A stretch of DNA of 64,000 bases from a virus (taxonomy: Duplodnaviria; Caudoviricetes): IMG/VR virus record IMGVR_UViG_3300047375_000738; one strand, written 5' to 3'. This document shows, piece after piece, positions 1-8,326 of this stretch. Each line of letters opens with the position of its first letter. Within the stretch, counting starts at the first letter, position 1. The notes under the pieces were generated by a model. It was not told the DNA's origin, searched no databases, and saw nothing but the letters and a program-made list of their open reading frames with translations. The position numbers were made by a program, and so were the translations under genes.

Positions 1-599
1 TCACCACCTGCAAATTCAACTCTACGAAAGTAAGGTAGCAGTTTTTCTAAGTTTGACCAAAAGTTTTGGTCTTTTTCAAAGATGCCTATATAAGGGGCTT
101 TGGTAAGTCCTAGTCCTCTTACAGCATCTACTAGATAGTTGCCTTCTTCTTTGTAAAACTCTTCAACTTCTTCCCAATCTTTCCATTGTGTACTATCTAA
201 AGGATTGCACATGCGACATTTAAGATTACATAAGTTATTAATTTTAATTTCTATAGTTGGCAACTCAAAAGGCATTGTAAAATCGTCATTAAGAGTGTCC
301 AACGCATTTGGATATAGATTTATTCTACTTTCAGGAAAGCTATCACGTATATGACGTTGACGTAAACTTTCAACGCCTTGTGCTTCTAAGTCAAAACACG
401 GTACACATTCAGCAGGCATTTCGTTGTTTAGTACCTGCTGACGTACTCTACGCATGTTTTCATTGTTCCATGCACTTTCTAAGCTCTCATTTTGTATCCA
501 TCCAATAGGTTGGCTACGGCAACACACTTTAATTGCACCATCTTCTCTAGTTGCTAGTCCTGTAAACGGGTGCATACAAAATGTTTTACTTGATTGCAT
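1..599 (-). CDS. Radical SAM protein with N-terminal twitch/SPASM-like Cys domain (partial, runs off window start)
   Basis: Manual translation from ATG 599: MQSSKTFCMHPFTGLATREDGAIKVCCRSQ...CVPC...NNLCNLKCRMCNP...VEFAGG. Has CxxxCxxC and the GG motif; start overlaps the stop of the upstream gene. Not in the ORF track because it is truncated. Confidence 0.9.
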   Translation of the reverse strand, partial: MQSSKTFCMHPFTGLATREDGAIKVCCRSQPIGWIQNESLESAWNNENMRRVRQQVLNNEMPAECVPCFDLEAQGVESLRQRHIRDSFPESRINLYPNALDTLNDDFTMPFELPTIEIKINNLCNLKCRMCNPLDSTQWKDWEEVEEFYKEEGNYLVDAVRGLGLTKAPYIGIFEKDQNFWSNLEKLLPYFRRVEFAGG

Positions 600-1281
600 T
601 TTGTATACCCCATTCACGTTCTTTACACCAAAAACATTTGCCACAAACTGGAACTTTCTCATATGGTGTGTATGTAGTATAGTCAATGCCTTCAAACTCG
701 CCTTCGCAACTGCGTGTAATTTCTAAAAGTTCGCCTATGTTGTTATCTACATATTGTTTTATAATCCAGTCTTTGCGAACATTGGTAAAAGGATGACATA
801 TAGATGCACCCATGTGTTTCATTTCAATTGGTAAACGTGCAGTTTCTCTATCATCAAGTTTGCCATCAAATTTTTCAGTTGGATTTAGTGTAACACCAGC
901 ATACCATGCATCAAGTTTATACAAATGACCAATGTATTCGTTGTGTGAACGCAGTATAACACGATTGCCGGACTTCATTGATCCGTATTCATCTTTAATT
1001 AAGTACTCGGTTGGCTCTTCCATCTCTGGAGGTATAAATCCTTCAATGTGTTCTATACGATTATTAAATTTTTCTCGAAACCAACCAACAACATCCTTAG
1101 CAATCCATCGTTGCCACGGTCTAGTTTTCCACATACGTACTTGTGTTGTAAAATATATATCAGCATTTGTATTACTCAAGACAAGATATGCTAGTAGAGC
1201 GCTATCAGCACCGCCACTTAGACTAATACCTATTCTTTTCCATTCTTGTTCTAAAGGAATGTAAACATTATCGATCTTCAT
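586..1281 (-). CDS. QueC-like PP-loop ATP pyrophosphatase (7-cyano-7-deazaguanine synthase-like)
   Basis: SLSGGADSA PP-loop; C-terminal TRSC...CGKCFWC zinc motif as in QueC. Central region is divergent and the gene is far from the que genes, so true QueC activity is uncertain. Confidence 0.65.
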   Translation of the reverse strand: MKIDNVYIPLEQEWKRIGISLSGGADSALLAYLVLSNTNADIYFTTQVRMWKTRPWQRWIAKDVVGWFREKFNNRIEHIEGFIPPEMEEPTEYLIKDEYGSMKSGNRVILRSHNEYIGHLYKLDAWYAGVTLNPTEKFDGKLDDRETARLPIEMKHMGASICHPFTNVRKDWIIKQYVDNNIGELLEITRSCEGEFEGIDYTTYTPYEKVPVCGKCFWCKEREWGIQNAIK

Positions 1282-1286
1282 GCTGT

Positions 1287-1314
1287 ATTATAACACATTT
1301 TAGTAATGTGTCAA
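1287..1314 (-). promoter_or_regulatory. Sigma70-type promoter, leaderless
   Basis: Minus strand TTGACA-16 nt-TATAAT with extended -10 TG; ATG (1281) follows 5 nt after the -10 with no SD. Confidence 0.7.
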
Positions 1315-2106
1315 GTGTCCTATGCCAATACGCTCTTTGAACTCTTTTGTAAATTTACAATCAATACGTAACCCGTATTCTTGTTCCATACTAAATTCTC
1401 CACCATGCCAATCTTGATCATTAAAAAAACATGCATGACTGTTTATGTAGTGTTTGCGTTTATGTTCTGGATCCCACACATAGAATCCACGTTTTGTATT
1501 AGGACGAATATGTATAAATTCGATATTATGATCTGTGTAATCTTGTGTATCAGCATCGAGATCTCTATGTTCAAAAGGCTTACTACTTCCAGAACTTACA
1601 AAAAATATTACCCGGCCTGTGTATTCAACTATACCGTCGTCTTTTAATTTATTAACCCATTGCATTACATTAGGAAAGTATGCCGACTCTGGAGTTGCAT
1701 CTCTTTCTTCGTTTGCACGGTCTTTCATATTTGTGCCTTCTTCTTTTAGTACATAATAAATGTAAGGATCGTATGCACCTAATGTGGTTGTTAGATAACG
1801 CACAAATATATTACGTTGTTTATAATCATTAAAGTCTTTAGGAAATATTTTATCACCTTCGATGCGTATTGGATCATTAGCTTCTAATTGCTGGTATTCT
1901 TCAAATGCTTGATATACAGGCTTCCAGTTTGCAATATAGCTCATATCGTCAAAGTTAAATCCTGGCTTCATCCAAGTACCTTCTTTGGCAAACTCACGTG
2001 CTTGTGCCATTCCGCTTGCAATCTCGGCGTGTAGATTTTGAAATCCAGTAATATCTAAAAATGGATCTAAATTAATATACGGTAAGTTTTCGAATCCTCT
2101 TATCAT
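1300..2106 (-). CDS. Fe(II)/2-oxoglutarate oxygenase-like protein
   Basis: HxD (EHRD) plus distal His (DWHGG) and a following Arg, consistent with a DSBH facial triad. Confidence 0.6.
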   Translation of the reverse strand: MIRGFENLPYINLDPFLDITGFQNLHAEIASGMAQAREFAKEGTWMKPGFNFDDMSYIANWKPVYQAFEEYQQLEANDPIRIEGDKIFPKDFNDYKQRNIFVRYLTTTLGAYDPYIYYVLKEEGTNMKDRANEERDATPESAYFPNVMQWVNKLKDDGIVEYTGRVIFFVSSGSSKPFEHRDLDADTQDYTDHNIEFIHIRPNTKRGFYVWDPEHKRKHYINSHACFFNDQDWHGGEFSMEQEYGLRIDCKFTKEFKERIGIGHLTHY

Positions 2107-2111
2107 ACAAT

Positions 2112-2128
2112 TACTTATCTAGTAAATA
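2112..2128. promoter_or_regulatory. Back-to-back T4-late-like promoter motifs
   Basis: ATAAGTA on minus (2112-2118, 5 nt before ATG 2106) and TAAATA on plus (2123-2128, 4 nt before ATG 2133) in a 26-bp divergent gap. Confidence 0.5.
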
Positions 2129-2132
2129 CAGT

Positions 2133-2789
2133 ATGATTACTAACACTGAATTCACAACAACTCCTGCTAAACTTTCAGAAGCTCTTATGATGTGTCAATC
2201 CATGACTGGCAAAAGTGTACTTAACAAGCCGACCAACGATTTCTTTTATGACACTTGGGAAATACTACCAGAGTATAAAGGTACAGTATTTGACGAATTA
2301 CTTGCACCGTTAGAGAATATCGGCGAAGCAAGGATTATAAAACAAGAGTCGGGAACATGTTATTTTGCACACACTGATGTTGATAATCGTTATCATTTAA
2401 ACATCAGCGGCGATTGTGCTTCATTAATTGATTTAGATGCAAACAAAATGTATCCTCTTAAAGCTGATGGCAAATACTATTCAATGTATGCTGGCAAAAG
2501 TCATAGTGCTGCTAACTTTGGACAGTATCCTCGATACCAATTAGTAGTTAGGCAGTTATTAACACGATCTCTATGGGTGTATAAAGATATCTCAATATAC
2601 CCTGGAGGTGAAAATCCTCGTTATATGTTTGATAAATTTATTAGTCCAATACTAAATCAAATGGATTATCGTAACGTGATGAATAACTTTGAAGTATTAG
2701 AAACAGGTGTACGACTTACAACAAATCAACACTGGGCAAAATCAATTAAAGACATTTTGCCTATTGGATTTAAGATAGTCGAGCACTAA
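2133..2789 (+). CDS. Aspartyl/asparaginyl beta-hydroxylase-like Fe/2OG oxygenase
   Basis: ARII...AHTD...RYHL...HSAAN...RYQLVV pattern of AspH-like cupins. Confidence 0.65.
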   Translation: MITNTEFTTTPAKLSEALMMCQSMTGKSVLNKPTNDFFYDTWEILPEYKGTVFDELLAPLENIGEARIIKQESGTCYFAHTDVDNRYHLNISGDCASLIDLDANKMYPLKADGKYYSMYAGKSHSAANFGQYPRYQLVVRQLLTRSLWVYKDISIYPGGENPRYMFDKFISPILNQMDYRNVMNNFEVLETGVRLTTNQHWAKSIKDILPIGFKIVEH

Positions 2790-4157
2790 TTGTTTTTCTT
2801 CTTTGGAACTATTATTTCCGTATTTGTCTAAGTTACAATCCCACCCAATTGCTAAATGTGCCCACATATAATCAGGAAATAATGTTTTCCAATTTGAACT
2901 TTTCATGAACGTATTGTTCTTATATTTTTTATATACTAGGTCTTCGTGATTATTTTTTATGCCTAAGTTACGCATATCTTTCCAAAACTTGCCATTTCCT
3001 TTTTTACAAAGTGTATAATGGGCAAGAATAAAAAATGCTGCATCATCAAAACATTGTGGAATAATATTGTCAAATAACTTATCATTTTGAAAATTTATTG
3101 TATCTACAGCTCTATAAATTGTAGCAAGTGTTAAATACAATGCATTAGCTTCCATAGGTTCAATAAATCCTGCTGCTAATCCTATTGCAAAAACATTACC
3201 TGATCTAGGATTTTTCATTCTGGCAGGTGTCCACTTTAAAACTCTTGGTTCTAGTAAATTGTCTTTCTCGTTTTGTAGTAAATAATTCTTTACTTCTTCG
3301 TCTGTAAAATATTCATCACTAAATGTAATTCCTGTTCCAGTCCTATGTTGTAATGCAATTTTGAATTGCCATCCAAACTCGTTGCGTATTGTTCTTGTAA
3401 AAACTTTTTCATTTTTGTTTTTAATAGGCATAACTATAGTGGTATTAGGTTTATTGTCTTTATACAAAGCAAGTTCGTCCGAAACACTGTTTATCAATAG
3501 TCTTGAAAATCCTGTGCAATCTAGCCAGTAATCGCTTTCTATTTCTGCACCATCTACTGTAACACTTTTAATACCATTGCTGCTACATGTAACGTTTGAA
3601 ACTTTACCTTCGATAAAGTTTATACCTAAGGGCACAGATATATTATTAATTACCCAGTTTGCCATTTCGTTAGCATCTATATGATGCGATAATACATATG
3701 ACTGTTTTGTTGATTTTGGTATTTGATTTTGCAAAACTGAGTCATACAACTCATAGTAAGTTTCTTGGAAACTATTTACATCTTTATCTTTATATAAATC
3801 AATACAAACATCTAAGTAGTTAGGTTTTCTACAATCTAAATATGTATTTAAATCGTAACTATACAACTTGTCTATTGGTTTATTAAGTGTAAACCCAAAG
3901 TGCTGATCTTCGTCGGCCCAATTCTCAAAACAGTTTGTTAATTTTGTTGTACAATTTACATTTTTTATCCATTTTGATTGATCAACGCCAAACTGTTCTA
4001 AAAACGCCCATATATGTGGAGTAACACTTTCGCCGACACCAATTGTTGGAATATTTTTGCTATAAATTTGTACAACTTCTGCATCAGGAAAATTTTTCTT
4101 AGCCCAAGCACCAGCAAACGCACCTGCTGTTCCTGCACCTACTACTGTAATTTTCAT
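2742..4157 (-). CDS. Tryptophan-halogenase family flavin-dependent enzyme
   Basis: VVGAGTAG FAD motif, IGVGES, DCTGF, GWQFKIAL (WxWxIP-like), GLAAGFIEPMEA. Confidence 0.85.
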   Translation of the reverse strand: MKITVVGAGTAGAFAGAWAKKNFPDAEVVQIYSKNIPTIGVGESVTPHIWAFLEQFGVDQSKWIKNVNCTTKLTNCFENWADEDQHFGFTLNKPIDKLYSYDLNTYLDCRKPNYLDVCIDLYKDKDVNSFQETYYELYDSVLQNQIPKSTKQSYVLSHHIDANEMANWVINNISVPLGINFIEGKVSNVTCSSNGIKSVTVDGAEIESDYWLDCTGFSRLLINSVSDELALYKDNKPNTTIVMPIKNKNEKVFTRTIRNEFGWQFKIALQHRTGTGITFSDEYFTDEEVKNYLLQNEKDNLLEPRVLKWTPARMKNPRSGNVFAIGLAAGFIEPMEANALYLTLATIYRAVDTINFQNDKLFDNIIPQCFDDAAFFILAHYTLCKKGNGKFWKDMRNLGIKNNHEDLVYKKYKNNTFMKSSNWKTLFPDYMWAHLAIGWDCNLDKYGNNSSKEEKQLVLDYLKSNRQNVFN

Positions 4158-5122
4158 ATTGTTTGCGTCCTATCAATTTTACGCAGGTTATTATCTACTT
4201 TGATTTCTTTAACTTGTTTCATTACAGCAGAATGAGACAATTGATCTAAAACGTTTTGTTCGTCAATTGTGCCTGTGTAGTAAATTATACATTTGTCATT
4301 AACATTCCGACAAAGTGCAAGATCGGCACCTGCCTTTACAGTTATCATTTCCACTTGTTCTGGGTATACTCTAACTCCACACTCGCCTAACTTGAACATA
4401 TTTAGTTTACGTCCTACAAGTTTATATCCATCGTCTGTTTCTTCAACTAAATCTCCGCTTTGCCACCAATCGCCTTGTATTTTCCAACGTGCATGTATTT
4501 CGTTATCAACAATTTTAACATCAACATTAGGATTACCTTCTAGTGTATATGTGTTTGGTATTTCGCTCATTAGCACGTTTGGCGGAACTTCGGTTGCACC
4601 ATAAACATTGTAAACTTTTTGTGCACCTTTGTTGCGTAAATCCTCTAAGCACCCAACAGCAGTGTAGTCACTGCCTATAATACACTGCTCATAGCTACTT
4701 AGGTCCAAGTCATTCCAACGTCGATGCTTGTGTAATACTCTCCACATATTAGGAAGTATCAAACCGTGTGTAGGACGTATCTCATGCACCCTGTCTACAA
4801 ACCTTGGACCAACTTCGGTTTCTATGTAAAGCTCACTGTTAGCTAATAAACAAGGATACAAACTCATTACGGTAAATGCAATACCTCTTGTGCTGTAAAG
4901 ACTGAGCATCTTACTAGATTCTTTTAAACCAAACCACTCTGCATTAAATTCGCTAATGTGTCTTGTGACTTCCTTACTATGTGTGACGCTACGTGGATAT
5001 CCTGTAGTGCCGCTAGTGTTTACAGTAACTTCCCATTCTTCAATTTTGTCAATTACATGAGAACGCATTATATCATTGTCGCTTTCAGTATACAGAATAC
5101 CGTCAATAAAAATTTTATACAT
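4154..5122 (-). CDS. Compact AMP-binding (acyl-CoA synthetase-like) enzyme
   Basis: TSGTTGYP P-loop, YGATE, SGDL, GRK and VYPEQVE motifs of ANL adenylating enzymes; N-terminal part is shortened. Confidence 0.8.
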   Translation of the reverse strand: MYKIFIDGILYTESDNDIMRSHVIDKIEEWEVTVNTSGTTGYPRSVTHSKEVTRHISEFNAEWFGLKESSKMLSLYSTRGIAFTVMSLYPCLLANSELYIETEVGPRFVDRVHEIRPTHGLILPNMWRVLHKHRRWNDLDLSSYEQCIIGSDYTAVGCLEDLRNKGAQKVYNVYGATEVPPNVLMSEIPNTYTLEGNPNVDVKIVDNEIHARWKIQGDWWQSGDLVEETDDGYKLVGRKLNMFKLGECGVRVYPEQVEMITVKAGADLALCRNVNDKCIIYYTGTIDEQNVLDQLSHSAVMKQVKEIKVDNNLRKIDRTQTI

Positions 5123-5736
5123 TACATATCCTCCGCTAAAAATTCAGCTTCTTTCCAAAGATTGTTTTTCCAATTTTGTAAATAAAATTCTGTATTTAAT
5201 TTCCAAAAATCTTGAAAGTTGTTTCTATAATCTAATTCAATGGGATCTTCTAAATATCCTAGTTTGTTCATAATAGTTGCCCAAGTCCTATGAACTTTAA
5301 TTTGTGCACCTGCTTCATTGTCGTTAGTGCTTATATATAATGGCTTATCAGAACCACAATATTTAATACAAATTGGTAGTAAAAATTGACTAGTATAATG
5401 ATTCATAGGAGCACGCCTATAATTTTGCACTAACAATGCTTTAGGACCATCTATTAAATGGCTCAACATACATGTTCGTACGCCAATGCGATAAGCATTA
5501 TCACCTAATATGTTTAGTTCTTCAAGACTATGTAAACATACACTTCCTACTACATCCTTATTCCAATATAGAAGATATGTTTTATAATCATTTAAATGTT
5601 TCATATTATCATGTAACACTTTTTGATTACAGTTGTTGTAGTACCCTCTTTCTTTGGCATTGTTATAAAAACTTGTTAAGTCGAGATCTTCTGAAAACTC
5701 CTTAATACTAAACATATATTTCTTTAGCCCTTTCAA
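5122..5736 (-). CDS. Hypothetical protein, possibly GNAT-like acyltransferase
   Basis: Size and beta-alpha pattern (YLLYWNKDVVGSVCL...YRIGVRTC...LYISTN) resemble GNAT; no definitive motif. Coupled into the operon. Confidence 0.4.
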   Translation of the reverse strand: MKGLKKYMFSIKEFSEDLDLTSFYNNAKERGYYNNCNQKVLHDNMKHLNDYKTYLLYWNKDVVGSVCLHSLEELNILGDNAYRIGVRTCMLSHLIDGPKALLVQNYRRAPMNHYTSQFLLPICIKYCGSDKPLYISTNDNEAGAQIKVHRTWATIMNKLGYLEDPIELDYRNNFQDFWKLNTEFYLQNWKNNLWKEAEFLAEDM

Positions 5737-6388
5737 TAAAGCTATCTGGGTAGTTTGATTTAAAACTTTCTAAGCAAATTTGTGCATACGTACTCCAAGG
5801 TGCGCTATCTGTTACTTTTATATTCTTAGCATCTAAATATTTTAGTAGTTTGTCTTTTCGGTCATTGCTTATATGATCTAAAACTTCAGTAATTGCTACA
5901 TGTTCTTCGTTGTCGTTATAGCAGAAAAAATGATTAATATTTTTTAGTTTACCGTCTACAACAAAAAAGCTACTTGGATGTAAGCTATATTTCCATATAC
6001 CTGCACGTCTGTAATTTTTTAAGATACTAATTATTTGATCCTGCCAACCAGGCAAAATGTTATTATAGTTTTCTTGATTACAGTTTGCTAGTTGCCAAAA
6101 GTCATCTCCTTCGATATTAAAAATAATCTCTCTAGTATCCATGTCAATGTGCTGTATTTCTAAAACATGTTCAGGAAAAGATTTAAGCATTTGTTTGGTA
6201 AATTTTATTTCTCTTTGCCATCTTGTCTCGAGTGCATCTTCAGATAAACATTTGTTCATATGATACATTTGATCATACTTATAGTGTACACTAAAAAGTT
6301 TGTTTTGTCTATCTATTTTACTAGTGTATACTAAATTATTTCTACACAAGCCAACACCTGGCACATGATTATAATAGTATTCAAACAT
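5708..6388 (-). CDS. Hypothetical protein, possible kinase-like fold
   Basis: ETRWQREI...HVLEI...LHPSSFFV...KNIN resembles degenerate kinase subdomains; catalytic residues are not canonical. Confidence 0.35.
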   Translation of the reverse strand: MFEYYYNHVPGVGLCRNNLVYTSKIDRQNKLFSVHYKYDQMYHMNKCLSEDALETRWQREIKFTKQMLKSFPEHVLEIQHIDMDTREIIFNIEGDDFWQLANCNQENYNNILPGWQDQIISILKNYRRAGIWKYSLHPSSFFVVDGKLKNINHFFCYNDNEEHVAITEVLDHISNDRKDKLLKYLDAKNIKVTDSAPWSTYAQICLESFKSNYPDSFIERAKEIYV

Positions 6389-8253
6389 TAACTATACAAC
6401 GGAATAAATTTTGTCTCGCCATTTACTGTTGCCTGTAACCAGCTATCTGGTGTGCTTGTATTACTTGGTGTTACACCTGTTTCGCCTGATACTTTAAATT
6501 CATTAAGTGTAGTAGCTAGTTTACCTTCGCTGTCGAGGATCATATAATTTACACTATAATCTTGTGCTTGTGTTTGAAAAACAAGTTCGCCTGGTGCCCC
6601 ACGCTGATCTCCAGCATTTACATCAAAAGTTGCTCCATCAGGAATTCTGCCATATATGTTTGCAACAAGAGCAAATTTCTCACCTCCCTCCATGTTATCC
6701 ATTGTACTATCTTCGTAGTCTTCGTTAACATCAATTGCTGCTGCCCAGCCAATTGAAGGTAGTTTATGTCCAGCTTCAACGGATTCAGGCGCAAGCCATG
6801 TTCCGCCTACTGCTTCGAGACGTACTCCTTGCTGAATCCAATCCGGAATGTTTGGACTAACATTTCTAAAAAACTTACCACTCAAGCAAGGATTACTATA
6901 TATTGATTCAACTACAACTGATATACCATCAGATTTAATTTGTACACTATCCATGTCGATGTCAGTACATATAACATTGTCTGAGTATAGTGTACGAGTT
7001 GATAGTGTGTTTGCACTTGGGTCAAATACTTCCAATCCGTTGTTGTCAAACAAATATCCAGTTAAACTTACATTTGACCAATGTTTTGTTGTTGCATCAA
7101 ACAATGTTCCGTCGTTGTGTGTAATATTACCAGCAAAGGATCCATCTAGATGACCAAACAGTTCTGTTGCTCTTACTCTACGCGAACTCCACATATCAGA
7201 ACTAGCGTCATACGCATAAGTCTGATCTTCGTTAAGTATGTTACCAGTAAAGTTACCGTATACATTTGCAGTAATAGGTTGTTCAAATTCACCTCTAACT
7301 ACGTCAAAAATAGTGTCTTGTGTGTTTGGATGAATAATATTACCAGCAAGCGAAGTAGCCACTGAATTATTCACTACGCCGTAAAATATACCAGTGTTAT
7401 AATCTAATAGTACAGCTCCGTGAGCATCGAGAATATTAGCTTTTACTTTTGGATTAGTGATACTAGTTGACAATATTGTATTTCCGGCTTCATCAGAAAT
7501 ATTGCCAACAAAAGTTCCGTAAAAACTTTCACTGTCGTTATTATATAGTATGTCTCCGCTATTTCTTCCAATAATATTACCAACTAAGTCGCCACGGTAT
7601 TGTCCGTTGGTTTGATCAATAAGTAAACTGCCGTCTGACATACTACGTATGCTACCACTAAATACTCCGTGAAACGTTCCGTTGTCGTGGTCGAGAAGTA
7701 CAGCACCACTTGGGTCAATTATATCGCCTTGTAAACTTGCATTTTTAAATAATCGATCAGCAGTATTAAATACTTGAGCACCATTAGATGCATACATATT
7801 TCCGCTTAATGATGCACGTAATACAGGTTCGTCTGCATCCATAGCAAGTATAACAGAGTCTAGACTATCTTTAAGGTCGCCATGAAAGTTGCCTTTGAAC
7901 GTGCGTGTTTCTAAATCAAATCCGACATATCCGTTAGCTCCGATAATGTTTGCTTGGAGAGGTACATTAACTGATTGACTGTCAATGATAGTATCGCCAA
8001 ATGTATCTATCATTGAACCTCGTAGTTTTCCAGAAAACTGTCTAGTATCTGGATCGTATGCAATATTATTTGTACTATCAAAAACTGATCCAACTAATGA
8101 TCCGTAAAATTTAGCTGCTTCAGTATCGACAACAATTGTGTCTACACTGTTTGAAAGGCTTGCACTAATTCTTCCTGTATTGCTATCTACAATAATTGAG
8201 CTATCTGCTCCAACAATATCGATTCTATATTGTCCACCTTCGTATAATTCCAT
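6388..8253 (-). CDS. Repeat-rich virion structural protein (tail/fibre-associated)
   Basis: About 15 degenerate GxlxGxixDxxG repeats; C-terminus TPSNTSTPDSWLQATVNGETKFIPLYS; SD AGGAG; perfect TATAAATA upstream. Confidence 0.6.
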   Translation of the reverse strand: MELYEGGQYRIDIVGADSSIIVDSNTGRISASLSNSVDTIVVDTEAAKFYGSLVGSVFDSTNNIAYDPDTRQFSGKLRGSMIDTFGDTIIDSQSVNVPLQANIIGANGYVGFDLETRTFKGNFHGDLKDSLDSVILAMDADEPVLRASLSGNMYASNGAQVFNTADRLFKNASLQGDIIDPSGAVLLDHDNGTFHGVFSGSIRSMSDGSLLIDQTNGQYRGDLVGNIIGRNSGDILYNNDSESFYGTFVGNISDEAGNTILSTSITNPKVKANILDAHGAVLLDYNTGIFYGVVNNSVATSLAGNIIHPNTQDTIFDVVRGEFEQPITANVYGNFTGNILNEDQTYAYDASSDMWSSRRVRATELFGHLDGSFAGNITHNDGTLFDATTKHWSNVSLTGYLFDNNGLEVFDPSANTLSTRTLYSDNVICTDIDMDSVQIKSDGISVVVESIYSNPCLSGKFFRNVSPNIPDWIQQGVRLEAVGGTWLAPESVEAGHKLPSIGWAAAIDVNEDYEDSTMDNMEGGEKFALVANIYGRIPDGATFDVNAGDQRGAPGELVFQTQAQDYSVNYMILDSEGKLATTLNEFKVSGETGVTPSNTSTPDSWLQATVNGETKFIPLYS

Positions 8254-8261
8254 GGCACTCT

Positions 8262-8280
8262 CCTATACATTATTTATAGG
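8262..8280 (-). promoter_or_regulatory. T4-type late promoter TATAAATA (8271-8278) inside a 6-bp hairpin covering part of the SD
   Basis: Minus strand CCTATA-aataatg-TATAGG agagtgccATG. Confidence 0.65.
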
Positions 8281-8291
8281 TTTTTTTGGAC

Positions 8292-8320
8292 TTGACATAC
8301 CGTTTAGAATCATATATAAT
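8292..8320 (+). promoter_or_regulatory. Consensus sigma70 promoter, leaderless
   Basis: TTGACA (8292-8297), 17 nt, TATAAT (8315-8320); ATG at 8327. Confidence 0.85.
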
Positions 8321-8326
8321 GTAATT

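Noticed and set aside
8138-8326. N-terminal extension of the GT ORF given by the ORF track
   Set aside because: It overlaps the opposite-strand virion gene and spans the GT's own consensus promoter; ATG 8327 fits better.
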